From positions 62,001-126,000 of the IMG/VR virus record IMGVR_UViG_3300009703_004110: a stretch of DNA of 64,000 nucleotides. One strand, 5' to 3'. The position numbers and the translations under genes were made by a program. The notes below the pieces were generated by a model. It was given only the letters and a program-made list of their open reading frames with translations, searched no databases and was not told where the DNA came from. Each line of letters opens with the position of its first letter. The stretch's first letter is position 1. This document shows, one piece after another, positions 1 to 8,975 of the stretch.

Positions 1-265
1 TAATAACCACCATATCAAGGCTATCTAATATTTTCTTTTTTTGCTCAAAAGTATAAACCAGATGGTCATTAGTTCCGCGTATCCAGACATTAGTCTTTCT
101 TCCATAATCGCGTCTAAATTTTTTATTTAACGAAAAATCATTAAATCTTATTATTAGATCATGACTATCTATTTTGTGCCCATGACGTTGACCAATTTCG
201 CACGGGCTATTTCCCACGATACAATAATCTTTACGTTTTGAGAATAATTTCTCTATATTTGACAT
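1..265 (-). CDS. GT29 (eukaryote-type sialyltransferase-like) glycosyltransferase, 3'-truncated by window edge; absent from ORF track
   Basis: Manual translation of the minus strand from ATG at 265 (in-frame ATGs also at 307/313): MSNIEKLFSKRKDYCIVGNSPCEIGQRHGHKIDSHDLIIRFNDFSLNKKFRRDYGRKTNVWIRG..., open to base 1. This matches sialylmotif L (CxxVGNS...G..ID.HD.(V/I)IR.N...DVG.KT). Confidence 0.8.
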   Translation of the reverse strand, partial: MSNIEKLFSKRKDYCIVGNSPCEIGQRHGHKIDSHDLIIRFNDFSLNKKFRRDYGRKTNVWIRGTNDHLVYTFEQKKKILDSLDMVVI

Positions 266-322
266 CCGCGGCCCCCACAAGTATTTTGTACTGCAGACTA
301 TAATCATGCTCATTTCAAATAC

Positions 323-898
323 TTAATTTTTTGGGACGGCCTCTATTCTAAGCTCTCCCTTTTTTGTAGTCTCTATCCGAACGATATTGAAATATTCAGT
401 GATAGCTCTAGTCCACCAATCTAAGTCTTTTACTGTGATATGAGAATTTCTACCATTCGGAAGAATCTTCCTAGAAAGCCTGGTGGATATTGTAAAGTAT
501 GCTGCCATATTAGTTAGATAAGCAATATACTCTAAAGTCGTTTTAACTTTGTCCTCTTCGATATGCTCCATTACATCCATACAAACTACAAGATCTGCTC
601 TGGATGGAAGACTTGAAAATGATTTAATACACGGATCAAAGTTGGATATCTTTAAATTCAATGGCTCATCTAAAATAAAGTCAGCTATTTCAAAGGCAAT
701 AGAGAGGGTCGCCTTTCCGCATCCATAATCTAATAGGCTTTCTACATTATATCTGTCTATAATATCATGAACTGCTTTGAAATGCTTATAAGAGTGCCTG
801 CCGTACGCCAGCCGGTTTATATGAAGGTCTTTATTTAACTGTCGTAACTCATCTGATACTAAAATACCAAGTTCTAGTTTCTGGCCATTTATTATCAC
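323..898 (-). CDS. Class I SAM-dependent methyltransferase
   Basis: LLDYGCGKATL motif I and ADLVVCMDVMEHIEE; GTG start overlapping the gmd stop, with GGAG SD. Confidence 0.8.
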   Translation of the reverse strand: MIINGQKLELGILVSDELRQLNKDLHINRLAYGRHSYKHFKAVHDIIDRYNVESLLDYGCGKATLSIAFEIADFILDEPLNLKISNFDPCIKSFSSLPSRADLVVCMDVMEHIEEDKVKTTLEYIAYLTNMAAYFTISTRLSRKILPNGRNSHITVKDLDWWTRAITEYFNIVRIETTKKGELRIEAVPKN

Positions 899-1884
899 TC
901 TATCTCCGCAAGATCATTTTCATACATCTCTTTTAATAAGTCTTCACAACTATATGAAGGCTCCCAGCCAAGAACTTTCCTCGCCTTTGTCGCGTCACCC
1001 TTTAGAAAGTTAACCTCTGATGGCCTCATAAATCTTTCATCAACCCTGTAAACATCTTCGACCTTTAATCCGGCCAGATCCTCGCAGACGTACTTGAACA
1101 TTTCCCCAATGGACAGTGGGTTTCCTGTGGCAATTACATAATCATCCGGGACTTCTTGCTGTAACATCATCCATTGGGCCTCAACATAGTCCTTTGCGTG
1201 CCCTTCGTCACGGAAGGCTTCAAGGTTGCCCATTCTAACATGCTCCGCTAGACCACTTTTAACTGCCGCAATACCTTTGGTAATTTTTCTTGTTGCAAAG
1301 TCATGACCACGTCTTGGAGAGCTATGATTAAATAAGATGCCATTTGATGCATGTAATCCATACGCTTCTCTATAGTTAACTACAGCATAAAATGCCGCAG
1401 CCTTTGCTATGGCATATGGTGAACGAGGATGGAATCGGCTGTCTTCATTCAATCCCGCCTCTGGACAGTTAATACCACCAAATAACTCAGAGGTGCTAGC
1501 TTGATAGAACTTTGTGTGCGGTGACAACTGCTTAATCAAATCAAGCTGCATAATTACTGCCTCACCATCAACTCGGAAGGTTGTGATAGGCTCTTTGAAT
1601 GATTGACCAACGTGAGACATTGCGGCCAGATTGTAATATTCATCAGGCTGCCATTCGATCAGCAGCTTTCCAATAAAAGATGAATCTGTTATATCGGAAT
1701 AAAGCAGCTTAAAATTTTCATGCTTCAATATCTTCTCTAGATTCTCTAGTCCATTGTTAACAGACTTTCGCCTGGTTATTCCTATAACCGTGTATCCCTT
1801 CTTTAATAAAAATTCCGATAGGTATGAGCCATCCTGCCCTGCGCATCCGGTCACAATAGCCGTAAGGCTTTTACTTCTTTCCAT
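895..1884 (-). CDS. gmd: GDP-mannose 4,6-dehydratase
   Basis: TAIVTGCAGQDGSYL, YNLAAMSHV, FYQASTSELFG, SPYAIAK, NGILFNHSSPRRG..FATRKIT, MGNL.A.RD.GHAKDYV. Start revised to the ATG at 1884 (MERSKS). Confidence 0.95.
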   Translation of the reverse strand: MERSKSLTAIVTGCAGQDGSYLSEFLLKKGYTVIGITRRKSVNNGLENLEKILKHENFKLLYSDITDSSFIGKLLIEWQPDEYYNLAAMSHVGQSFKEPITTFRVDGEAVIMQLDLIKQLSPHTKFYQASTSELFGGINCPEAGLNEDSRFHPRSPYAIAKAAAFYAVVNYREAYGLHASNGILFNHSSPRRGHDFATRKITKGIAAVKSGLAEHVRMGNLEAFRDEGHAKDYVEAQWMMLQQEVPDDYVIATGNPLSIGEMFKYVCEDLAGLKVEDVYRVDERFMRPSEVNFLKGDATKARKVLGWEPSYSCEDLLKEMYENDLAEIE

Positions 1885-2602
1885 TAATAATCTCCAATAA
1901 TAACTTTTTCCAAATCTCTCTATTAAAATTTGTTTTAGCATGGCAACTTCTACATAAAGTAATTAAATTAAGAACATTGTTATTAAACTTATCATAATCT
2001 ATATGATGTACATCATATCCATTGTTTTTACATATTGCACAAGAAAAATTATCTCTTTTTCGAACTGAAGTTCTTAAGTTATCGTTCCACTCTTTTGGTC
2101 TTTCTAAAAATGAAACTCCACCTTTCCAAGAGCCGTTTTTATCTCCCGAAACTTTATCACCATTTTGATACATTGGATTGTTTGAGCCAGAGACATCTGT
2201 ATGATTTTCAGATATAAGCTTTTTTGATTCAAAAGAATGAGATTTTCCATAAAAGCTATTTTTTGTCCCAGATTGAGCCTCTGATAATTTAGCTTTTATT
2301 AAAGAGGCCTTATATTCTCCATGTTTTTTTACATAAGATCCCTTGTTTGATTCTGATAAAATCTTTTTTGTTTCTTCCGAATGCTTTTTCCCATAAAACG
2401 GATTATTTTCTCCACTTACTTTTTTAGATAACGCCTCTTTAAATTCGTCCGTTCTTTTTCTTCCAGTATTTGTAAATTTTGAAGCACAGCTTCTGCTGCA
2501 AAAACGCCTAACTCTCAATCTTGCAGTATCTCGTACTTCAAAATTTAATCCACATTCTTCACAGATTTTTACAATATATTTTTTTATAAGTCGATTACTC
2601 AT
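1871..2602 (-). mobile_element. Free-standing HNH homing endonuclease with N-terminal Zn ribbon and NUMOD3 repeats
   Basis: CEECG...FCSRSC; SGENNPFYGKKHSEETK and SGTKNSFYGKSHSFESK (NUMOD3); CAIC...DVHHIDYDKFNN...NLITLCRSCH. AAGGA SD before ATG 2602. Confidence 0.85.
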
Positions 2603-2667
2603 AATTATCCTTAATGACATTTATATCTGGTATCACTATATTAAGATATTACCAGTTATGATGACCA

Positions 2668-3693
2668 CTAAGTATTTTCTTTTATAGACATTTTCTTCTT
2701 TCTCTTCTCAATTTTTGATGCTTGAGAGCTTTTCCTGATTGCCTTAAATAATCTTTTGTGATTTTTTACCAAGAAATCAAATGCATGACCAGACTCTATT
2801 TCTGTAATTTCAAATTGGCAATAAGCAAGATGATACAATAAAGGCTCTCTATCTGGATAGATAGGATACTCTATATATCTATAGTCATGAACGGCTATAC
2901 CTTGCGCAGGGCTTATTTTTTCTGTAAATATAGGCACACCCTCGATGATCGCCTCTATTGAAGTCGCACTAGCCGGGGCTACACATGCCCAAGCACCCTT
3001 TAAATCAACTTGAATTGGTCTATCAATAGAGCTGCTTAGGACTTCCGCATTAGATATGCCCTTTACGGCTCTGTAGATTGGCCTTATATCCGTTCCTCCT
3101 GGCTTTGGTCTTACTCTGATTGGTCTATCAGTATTCGCTCTGATAATTTTCATAGTATTCTTTAGCCAGTTTGGCTTCATTCCCATTGCTCCAGAAAAAA
3201 ATCCAGTTGGAGGGCAGACTAGGACGTACTCACCTTCGGTTTTCCACGGCTTAAGCTTTATATTGAATTTCTCAAAGCGATCTGCCGGTCTTCTCTCTAT
3301 CTTGGTTGGATGAATCCCATTGGCTACTATTCTAAAGCTTGGAGGATTTCCAGAATGAACACCCTTCCATCTATAACCTCTATCAAAATATGCATGGTCT
3401 ACATAAAGTAAATCACCAGCACCATCTTGTAAGCATGGCTTAACAATCTTGTGAATAGTATCTTTACCAAAAGCTACAGATAGCCCTGGATATATCTGGT
3501 CTACATCTTGAGACGCATATAAATGCCCATACCCTCTGGATGTATCAACTAGTTTAAGCATGACATATCGCGGGAATAATTTATGCCTATCCATATAAAA
3601 GTTGATATTAAAACGAGACTCGTCCCTATCGCTAGTTTCTTTTGCTACTTTAGCGACCCTCTCTATCCAGCCCGGCTCTAATCTCCATTTCAT
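2668..3693 (-). CDS. KpsS/KpsC (Capsule_synth)-like GT-B glycosyltransferase, paralogue 1
   Basis: Shares with the other four paralogues: YV(D/E)xxYF, VLVCPP, RPIRVRPKP, SIEAIIEGVPIF, YPDREPLLYHLAYCQF. Confidence 0.55.
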   Translation of the reverse strand: MKWRLEPGWIERVAKVAKETSDRDESRFNINFYMDRHKLFPRYVMLKLVDTSRGYGHLYASQDVDQIYPGLSVAFGKDTIHKIVKPCLQDGAGDLLYVDHAYFDRGYRWKGVHSGNPPSFRIVANGIHPTKIERRPADRFEKFNIKLKPWKTEGEYVLVCPPTGFFSGAMGMKPNWLKNTMKIIRANTDRPIRVRPKPGGTDIRPIYRAVKGISNAEVLSSSIDRPIQVDLKGAWACVAPASATSIEAIIEGVPIFTEKISPAQGIAVHDYRYIEYPIYPDREPLLYHLAYCQFEITEIESGHAFDFLVKNHKRLFKAIRKSSQASKIEKRKKKMSIKENT

Positions 3694-3694
3694 A

Positions 3695-4684
3695 TTATGC
3701 AGGACCCATTATAAAGTCTTTTCCGGCCCTCTCTAAAACTTTGTAACCGAAGGTTTTAATGATATACTTTTTTGTTTCATTATTTATTCTGCCCTCTAAC
3801 TCTAGTTCAACTATCATGATTGGCTGGCATCTTTTGATTGTCTCTGTAGCACCTTTAATAACTGCATCTTCAAAACCTTGTACATCTATTTTGATAAGAT
3901 CTACATTTTTAAGCTTGAAGCTGTCAAGCGTTCTTACCGCTGTACCAGTTCCTTTGGTTGCGTATGTATTTCCACTATTTCCAGCTTCAATATTTAAAAA
4001 TACCTCGCCCTCTTCGCTTCCTAGGGCGATATTGTGACATATAAGGTCTGGGCAGTTTTTGATGAAGCATTCATAACTCTCGGCTGACGGCTCGAATGCC
4101 ACCACTCTTTCAAAATGCTCAGACATCGCCTTGGAGTAAAACCCAACATGTCCTCCAATATCTACGGACGTGTTTCTGCCCGATAAATATTTTAGAACCT
4201 TTACGTAGGTATGGTATTGATATCTATCCGTATCTCTTGGAAAATGGTCGTCATCTTTTGGAAGTGCCATCTCACTTGGCCTGCGCTTACTTGCTATCAT
4301 AAAGACTCTTTCGCTATTATTTAGAAAGGTATCTATTCTCCAGCGATGCTGAAAGTGTCGCGCAAAGACGCGCTCATTTTTTAAAAACCTGCTGCTTGGC
4401 ACCTTGGAGTCTATAAGAATAGTATCAGCAACCTTTGGAAGATTTTCGATGATCTTTCTTATATCCACATCCCTGTTTCTTTCTAAGAATTTAGAAACAA
4501 TAACTAGGTCAAAAGAGTGAGCGTCCAGACTTAGAGCCTCAGATGGTGACACGAACCTAACAGAAGCTGTCGGGAAAAATTTACGTAGATGCATCATAAG
4601 ATCACCAGTTTTATTTCCATAAACTCCGATTGTCTCAAACCCGTAACCACGTAAAGAGCGTTTAATTTGTTTCAAATTATGCAT
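3695..4684 (-). CDS. FkbM-family methyltransferase with an extra N-terminal Rossmann-like domain
   Basis: SVDIGGHVGFYS...VVAFEP...IALG...LDSFKL.NVDLIKIDVQGFE..VIKGA; N-domain contains SFDLVIVSKFLE. Confidence 0.8.
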   Translation of the reverse strand: MHNLKQIKRSLRGYGFETIGVYGNKTGDLMMHLRKFFPTASVRFVSPSEALSLDAHSFDLVIVSKFLERNRDVDIRKIIENLPKVADTILIDSKVPSSRFLKNERVFARHFQHRWRIDTFLNNSERVFMIASKRRPSEMALPKDDDHFPRDTDRYQYHTYVKVLKYLSGRNTSVDIGGHVGFYSKAMSEHFERVVAFEPSAESYECFIKNCPDLICHNIALGSEEGEVFLNIEAGNSGNTYATKGTGTAVRTLDSFKLKNVDLIKIDVQGFEDAVIKGATETIKRCQPIMIVELELEGRINNETKKYIIKTFGYKVLERAGKDFIMGPA

Positions 4685-5540
4685 CTAATATTCTCCAAAT
4701 CTTTGGTGACTTCATTTCATGAACAGTAAATTGTCCATAGGATAAGTGTCTCATCCACATTTCCCTATTTGGATAAACAGGGTCATTTATTTTTGACAGA
4801 CGCTTTAAGCCCATTGGCCTAGAAGCATTAGGCCCAAGTGTAAATACCGGAATGCCGTGCATTACCGCCTCAATGCCGGCTACGCTATTATATGTTACCA
4901 TAGCAAAAACATCATTGTCAAAATCATCCTGGATTATGTTTTCAGTCAGTCTAAGGGTTCTAACTCTAGGTTTCAACCTTACTCTGATCTCTTTATCAGT
5001 ATTTTTCTTGAGCCTTTTGACGATTTTTTTTGTCCATACTTCAGCATCAATATTAAAATAGTGAGCGGACTTTAAGGATGGGGGACAGATTAAAATTGTT
5101 CCGCCTTTCTTCTTCCACGGAAGAAGAATCTTATTCCAGTCAACGCCTTGGTGCTTATATATAGTCTTTTGTGCCAGTTTATATCTATCATTGGGACGTG
5201 GTATAATCTTGTCAAATTGCACATCATTTTTAACAATTCTATGGAATAGCTTTCCTGTAGTAAGAATCGGCTTACCCTTTGGATCTGTATAATACTTACT
5301 AAGATTCCCAAAGTAACCGGTCTCTACATAATAATAGTCGATACCGTATTCCAAAGCTAAATGCATAACTCTTCTGTCACGAAGCCCTCTAACTAAAATC
5401 TTAGAGCCTCTATATTTTTCAATATTATTCATGAAGTCTTTTTTGACCATGATTTCTGCATCACAAGACTTGGCAAACTCACTAAGAATGCTGTCTCCTG
5501 GCCTAAAATAAAACGATCTATTCTTCATATCATTTTTCAT
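4677..5540 (-). CDS. KpsS/KpsC-like glycosyltransferase, paralogue 2
   Basis: YYYVETGYF, ILICPPS, IRVRLKP, TYNSVAGIEAVMHGIPVF, YPNREMWMRHLSYGQFT. Confidence 0.6.
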   Translation of the reverse strand: MKNDMKNRSFYFRPGDSILSEFAKSCDAEIMVKKDFMNNIEKYRGSKILVRGLRDRRVMHLALEYGIDYYYVETGYFGNLSKYYTDPKGKPILTTGKLFHRIVKNDVQFDKIIPRPNDRYKLAQKTIYKHQGVDWNKILLPWKKKGGTILICPPSLKSAHYFNIDAEVWTKKIVKRLKKNTDKEIRVRLKPRVRTLRLTENIIQDDFDNDVFAMVTYNSVAGIEAVMHGIPVFTLGPNASRPMGLKRLSKINDPVYPNREMWMRHLSYGQFTVHEMKSPKIWRILDA

Positions 5541-6357
5541 TTACAATCCCCAGGCGTTTATGAAGCCCCTTATCGTGTCGGAAGTATTCGGCTAGCATGC
5601 CTCTTTCTATTACATGTGATTGGCTTCTGCGCTTATTCGAATAATTCGATACTAGATCATTACCCGTTATACCTTCTCTCTCTTTCATTTCAAGAACTAC
5701 ATTGCCAAACATGCCGCCGTCGTCCCACATCATGTATCTTCTAAAGACTTTATTTTTATACTTATCGATCCAGCAATTCAGAACTCGTCGACCTGTTCTG
5801 TCCGTCCGAAAGCCTATAAAACCAGACTCCACTCCGAGGCCCTTCTTGGGCCTCTCACTTCCCCAGTGATAGAAAAATGCCTTTCCGCCAAAAGCTTTAT
5901 CCATGAGCCTTGGTGTTAGGTTTTTAGTTACTTTGGCATCCGCATCTAAAAAAACTATGGCATCATATTGATTTCCATAGTGACTCATTGCATAATCTAA
6001 AGTTACAATTTTTCTAAACCATCCTGCCGCTCTAAAGTTCCACGGCAAAAAAGCTTGAGGCACCTTCTTCCTGTCAGCTCTTCCTCCCATTTCTGGCGGA
6101 ATAACATCAGAGTTTTCTTTTAGCCACTTGACCAGAAATGGATTTCTGGTCATATTGTATGCTTTAATTCTGTGTATATGTTTCTCTCGAATTTTTCGAG
6201 ACTCCATATATGCTGGCTTCATTGCATTATATTTAAAACCTTCATAACACAATAGGAGATCGCCCTCAGATTCGCTCTTGAAAAAAGAGTTGATCATATC
6301 TTTCGCGGACGCTTTCCAGATACGATGGTTGAAGGTGGTTACATATAATACATTCAT
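5530..6357 (-). CDS. GT-A fold glycosyltransferase (DxD)
   Basis: FRKIV...IVFLDADA...VESGFIGF...WDDGG...HDKG. Start revised to ATG 6357 (GAGG SD). Confidence 0.65.
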   Translation of the reverse strand: MNVLYVTTFNHRIWKASAKDMINSFFKSESEGDLLLCYEGFKYNAMKPAYMESRKIREKHIHRIKAYNMTRNPFLVKWLKENSDVIPPEMGGRADRKKVPQAFLPWNFRAAGWFRKIVTLDYAMSHYGNQYDAIVFLDADAKVTKNLTPRLMDKAFGGKAFFYHWGSERPKKGLGVESGFIGFRTDRTGRRVLNCWIDKYKNKVFRRYMMWDDGGMFGNVVLEMKEREGITGNDLVSNYSNKRRSQSHVIERGMLAEYFRHDKGLHKRLGIVNEK

Positions 6358-6370
6358 AAATACCTCTTTA

Positions 6371-6378
6371 TATTTATA
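6371..6378 (-). promoter_or_regulatory. Possible T4-late-like promoter TATAAATA in the divergent gap
   Basis: Exact TATAAATA on the minus strand 13 nt before ATG 6357; the genome is AT-rich, so this is weak evidence. Confidence 0.25.
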
Positions 6379-6431
6379 TACTTGCATAGTAATATAGTGA
6401 CAAATGAAAAGTTAGAGATGGGGTTTTCGAA

Positions 6432-7454
6432 ATGAAAGTTGGTATATTTTTGGCGACTACTAGTGGTAAGGCAAAGCAAGATATTATGCGAAGTTTTGCC
6501 GCTGGTGTCAAAGCCTCTGGTGACCTTGCCAAAATATTTGATAAGCGAGAATATCGCAAGTGTGATTTAGCTTTAATATTTGGATTTTATAATGACCAAA
6601 ACATGGGAGCAATACAGTCCTTTAGAAAAAAAGTTTATGAAACCCACGAAAGTCGTGGAAGAAAATGTTTGTTTGTCGATGCAGATTTTTTGAGATTTGC
6701 AGGAAAAATTAGAGCCGAAGCTCCAGATGATCCAACTCAGCACCTTAGAATCTCTCACGGTTCCATCTTTCCAAGTCGCGCTAATTACTTCAATGAGTTT
6801 TCCGACAATAGACGATGGAAAGAATTAAGAAGAAGAAAGCATATAGTTGTAAAAGATTACCGAACCGATGGGGATCATATCCTAATGTTACTCAATAGCA
6901 GTAGCAAATATGGCAGAGGCTGGTCTGCTCGCGGAACAGATAGTATGTACTGGCTGCAGAAAAGTTTATCCGAAATTCGTCAGTACACAGATCGTCCTAT
7001 TCGAGTTAGATTTCATCCTAATGAAAAGAAGGATTTAAGAGAGTCTAGACCAGTCGAGGCCTTACAGAAAATGTATGGAAATATTACCTTTTCTGGTGGC
7101 GTTGTCGGATCTAATAAAGCGATACTTCCACCCAGAACTTTGATAGAGGATTGTGATAACGCATGGGCCGCCGTAGTCCATACGACCTCTGCTTCCGTTA
7201 TACCAATAATAAATGGGATTCCTGTCTTTACAAGTAGTCGAGACTGTATTGCTTTTCCTATCGCAACACATCGTTTATCAAAAATAGAGAAGCCGAGCCT
7301 GCCAAAACGAGAGCAATGGTTTTATGATCTATCCTATAGTCTATGGAACGTAGAAGAATTGAGGGATGGAGTTGCGTGGAAAAGAATTAAAAGCAGAATA
7401 AACTCTAGCGGAGACTATTCTAAAGCAAAAGCTAAAAAGCTTGGGATTATTTGA
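6432..7454 (+). CDS. KpsS/KpsC-like glycosyltransferase, paralogue 3 (only substantial plus-strand gene)
   Basis: 340 aa; DRPIRVRFHP, SASVIPIINGIPVF, PKREQWFYDLSYSLW..EELRDG.AW match the minus-strand paralogues; 8-nt convergent stop overlap at 7447-7454. Confidence 0.7.
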   Translation: MKVGIFLATTSGKAKQDIMRSFAAGVKASGDLAKIFDKREYRKCDLALIFGFYNDQNMGAIQSFRKKVYETHESRGRKCLFVDADFLRFAGKIRAEAPDDPTQHLRISHGSIFPSRANYFNEFSDNRRWKELRRRKHIVVKDYRTDGDHILMLLNSSSKYGRGWSARGTDSMYWLQKSLSEIRQYTDRPIRVRFHPNEKKDLRESRPVEALQKMYGNITFSGGVVGSNKAILPPRTLIEDCDNAWAAVVHTTSASVIPIINGIPVFTSSRDCIAFPIATHRLSKIEKPSLPKREQWFYDLSYSLWNVEELRDGVAWKRIKSRINSSGDYSKAKAKKLGII

Positions 7455-8085
7455 TATTCTGATTTACAAAGACCCATCCGTTTCTATTTAAGAATGAATC
7501 ATTTATCTTTTTAACAATCACATCGTCACCTTTAAAGATATAATTAAATCCGCCGAGACCTTTCTTCACTCTCATAGTCGAGTTCGCTCTGACTCCCTGT
7601 GTTAATATTCCAGACACTTTAAAGTTATTTTCTGAAAAGATGCTATTCCAATAATTAAAGTGTCTTTCATTAACATGATGGTATCCGCCCTGCCCTGGTC
7701 TTGCGTGCGTCACCACTAGATACTTGCAAGCCGAAAACGTTGCCATGAAGTTGCCTATATATTTCTCTTCGACATGTTCCAGAAACTCAACTGACCATCC
7801 TATATCAAAGTATCCCGATCTTGGTAAACTTGGTATATTTTTGGCCCTAAGCGGCCCAACAGCGTAGTCATGTATATGCACTTCAGGCTTATCTCTGAAG
7901 GTTGGGTCTCCATCCACACCCTGAACTATGAGTCCTAATTTCTTGGCCATTTCAATTTGCCCACCCGGACCACAGCCTATGTCCAAAAAGGTCTTGGCTC
8001 CGACTTCATTCTTTAGGTACTCTAGTGCCCCGTAGTCACTCCATGTTTTATTGTTATGTCCACCTAGATGTTCAGCTCGTCCCAT
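7447..8085 (-). CDS. Class I SAM-dependent methyltransferase
   Basis: FLDIGCGPGG; FDIGWSVEFLEHVEE; PGQGGYHHVNE. Confidence 0.8.
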   Translation of the reverse strand: MGRAEHLGGHNNKTWSDYGALEYLKNEVGAKTFLDIGCGPGGQIEMAKKLGLIVQGVDGDPTFRDKPEVHIHDYAVGPLRAKNIPSLPRSGYFDIGWSVEFLEHVEEKYIGNFMATFSACKYLVVTHARPGQGGYHHVNERHFNYWNSIFSENNFKVSGILTQGVRANSTMRVKKGLGGFNYIFKGDDVIVKKINDSFLNRNGWVFVNQNIK

Positions 8086-8965
8086 TTAAATGCTCCCAGA
8101 ACAGCCCTTGGCTGAGTTCTTCTAATGTCCACTGCTTGTATGCTAGATCGTAAAGCCATTGCGTTCTATCTGGCGTAATAGGGTCATTAATTTTTGTTAA
8201 GTCTGTGTTTGCTATAGGATACGCCATTGAGCCTATATCGCAAGCAAACACAGGAATTCCTTGTATTGCCGCCTCTACGGCTGTATTTGAATTAAATACC
8301 ACAACAGCTTTAGCTCTTTTTAAATCCATTGCAAGCGAGTTCTGAGACCATTCTAGCCACTTTGGTGTAGCAACCTCATACCACTCCTTTCTTCTTCTAA
8401 AAGAGGGGTGTGGTCTAAATACAAGCTTCCTATGCGTATTTTCAGACACTGTCTTAATAGTGTTGCTAAGCCAGTCCATATAGCCCTGCACGGATGCTGG
8501 ACGCTTTTTATATCCAGTGTTCAAATGCTGAACATTGCTATCCCACGGCACTTGTCCGCAGATTAAAATATTCTTTCCTTTGACCTTCCAATCTCGCACA
8601 TCAACATCCAGTTTTTCAAATCTATCTTTAGGACAATTTTTAACGACAAAGTCTGCACGACCATTAATTCCATTCCATCCAACAGAGTGATAAATACTTC
8701 TATTTATAAAGCCTCTTTCGAAGGTCAAAACTTTGTGCCCTAGCGAGTTTTGCGTATCATACATTTCTTTTCTGAAGCTTCCTACTTTAGACATTCTTTT
8801 GTGAAATCCGTATAGTGCGGCAATTTCTGATGGACGATATTCATCCTCATATAATACCTGATAATCTTCACCAACAGCATCTAACCCGGCTATTCCGGCC
8901 TCTAAAGTCGCTCTGACAATTCTATTTGTTCCTCTTCTAATATAGACGATGATTTTGGTTTCCAT
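8072..8965 (-). CDS. KpsS/KpsC-like (GT107/GT99-type, candidate beta-Kdo) transferase, paralogue 4
   Basis: GQVPWDSN (QxxxD), VFRPHP (HP motif), FNSNTAVEAAIQGIPVF. Start revised to ATG 8965 (METKII). Confidence 0.65.
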   Translation of the reverse strand: METKIIVYIRRGTNRIVRATLEAGIAGLDAVGEDYQVLYEDEYRPSEIAALYGFHKRMSKVGSFRKEMYDTQNSLGHKVLTFERGFINRSIYHSVGWNGINGRADFVVKNCPKDRFEKLDVDVRDWKVKGKNILICGQVPWDSNVQHLNTGYKKRPASVQGYMDWLSNTIKTVSENTHRKLVFRPHPSFRRRKEWYEVATPKWLEWSQNSLAMDLKRAKAVVVFNSNTAVEAAIQGIPVFACDIGSMAYPIANTDLTKINDPITPDRTQWLYDLAYKQWTLEELSQGLFWEHLNGTS

Positions 8966-8975
8966 TTTTAAATCC

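Noticed and set aside
2640-2700. Alternate-frame KRKYLVVIITG resembling a displaced Gmd N-terminus
   Set aside because: No start codon in that frame, and gmd already has an intact TAIVTG motif; probably chance.
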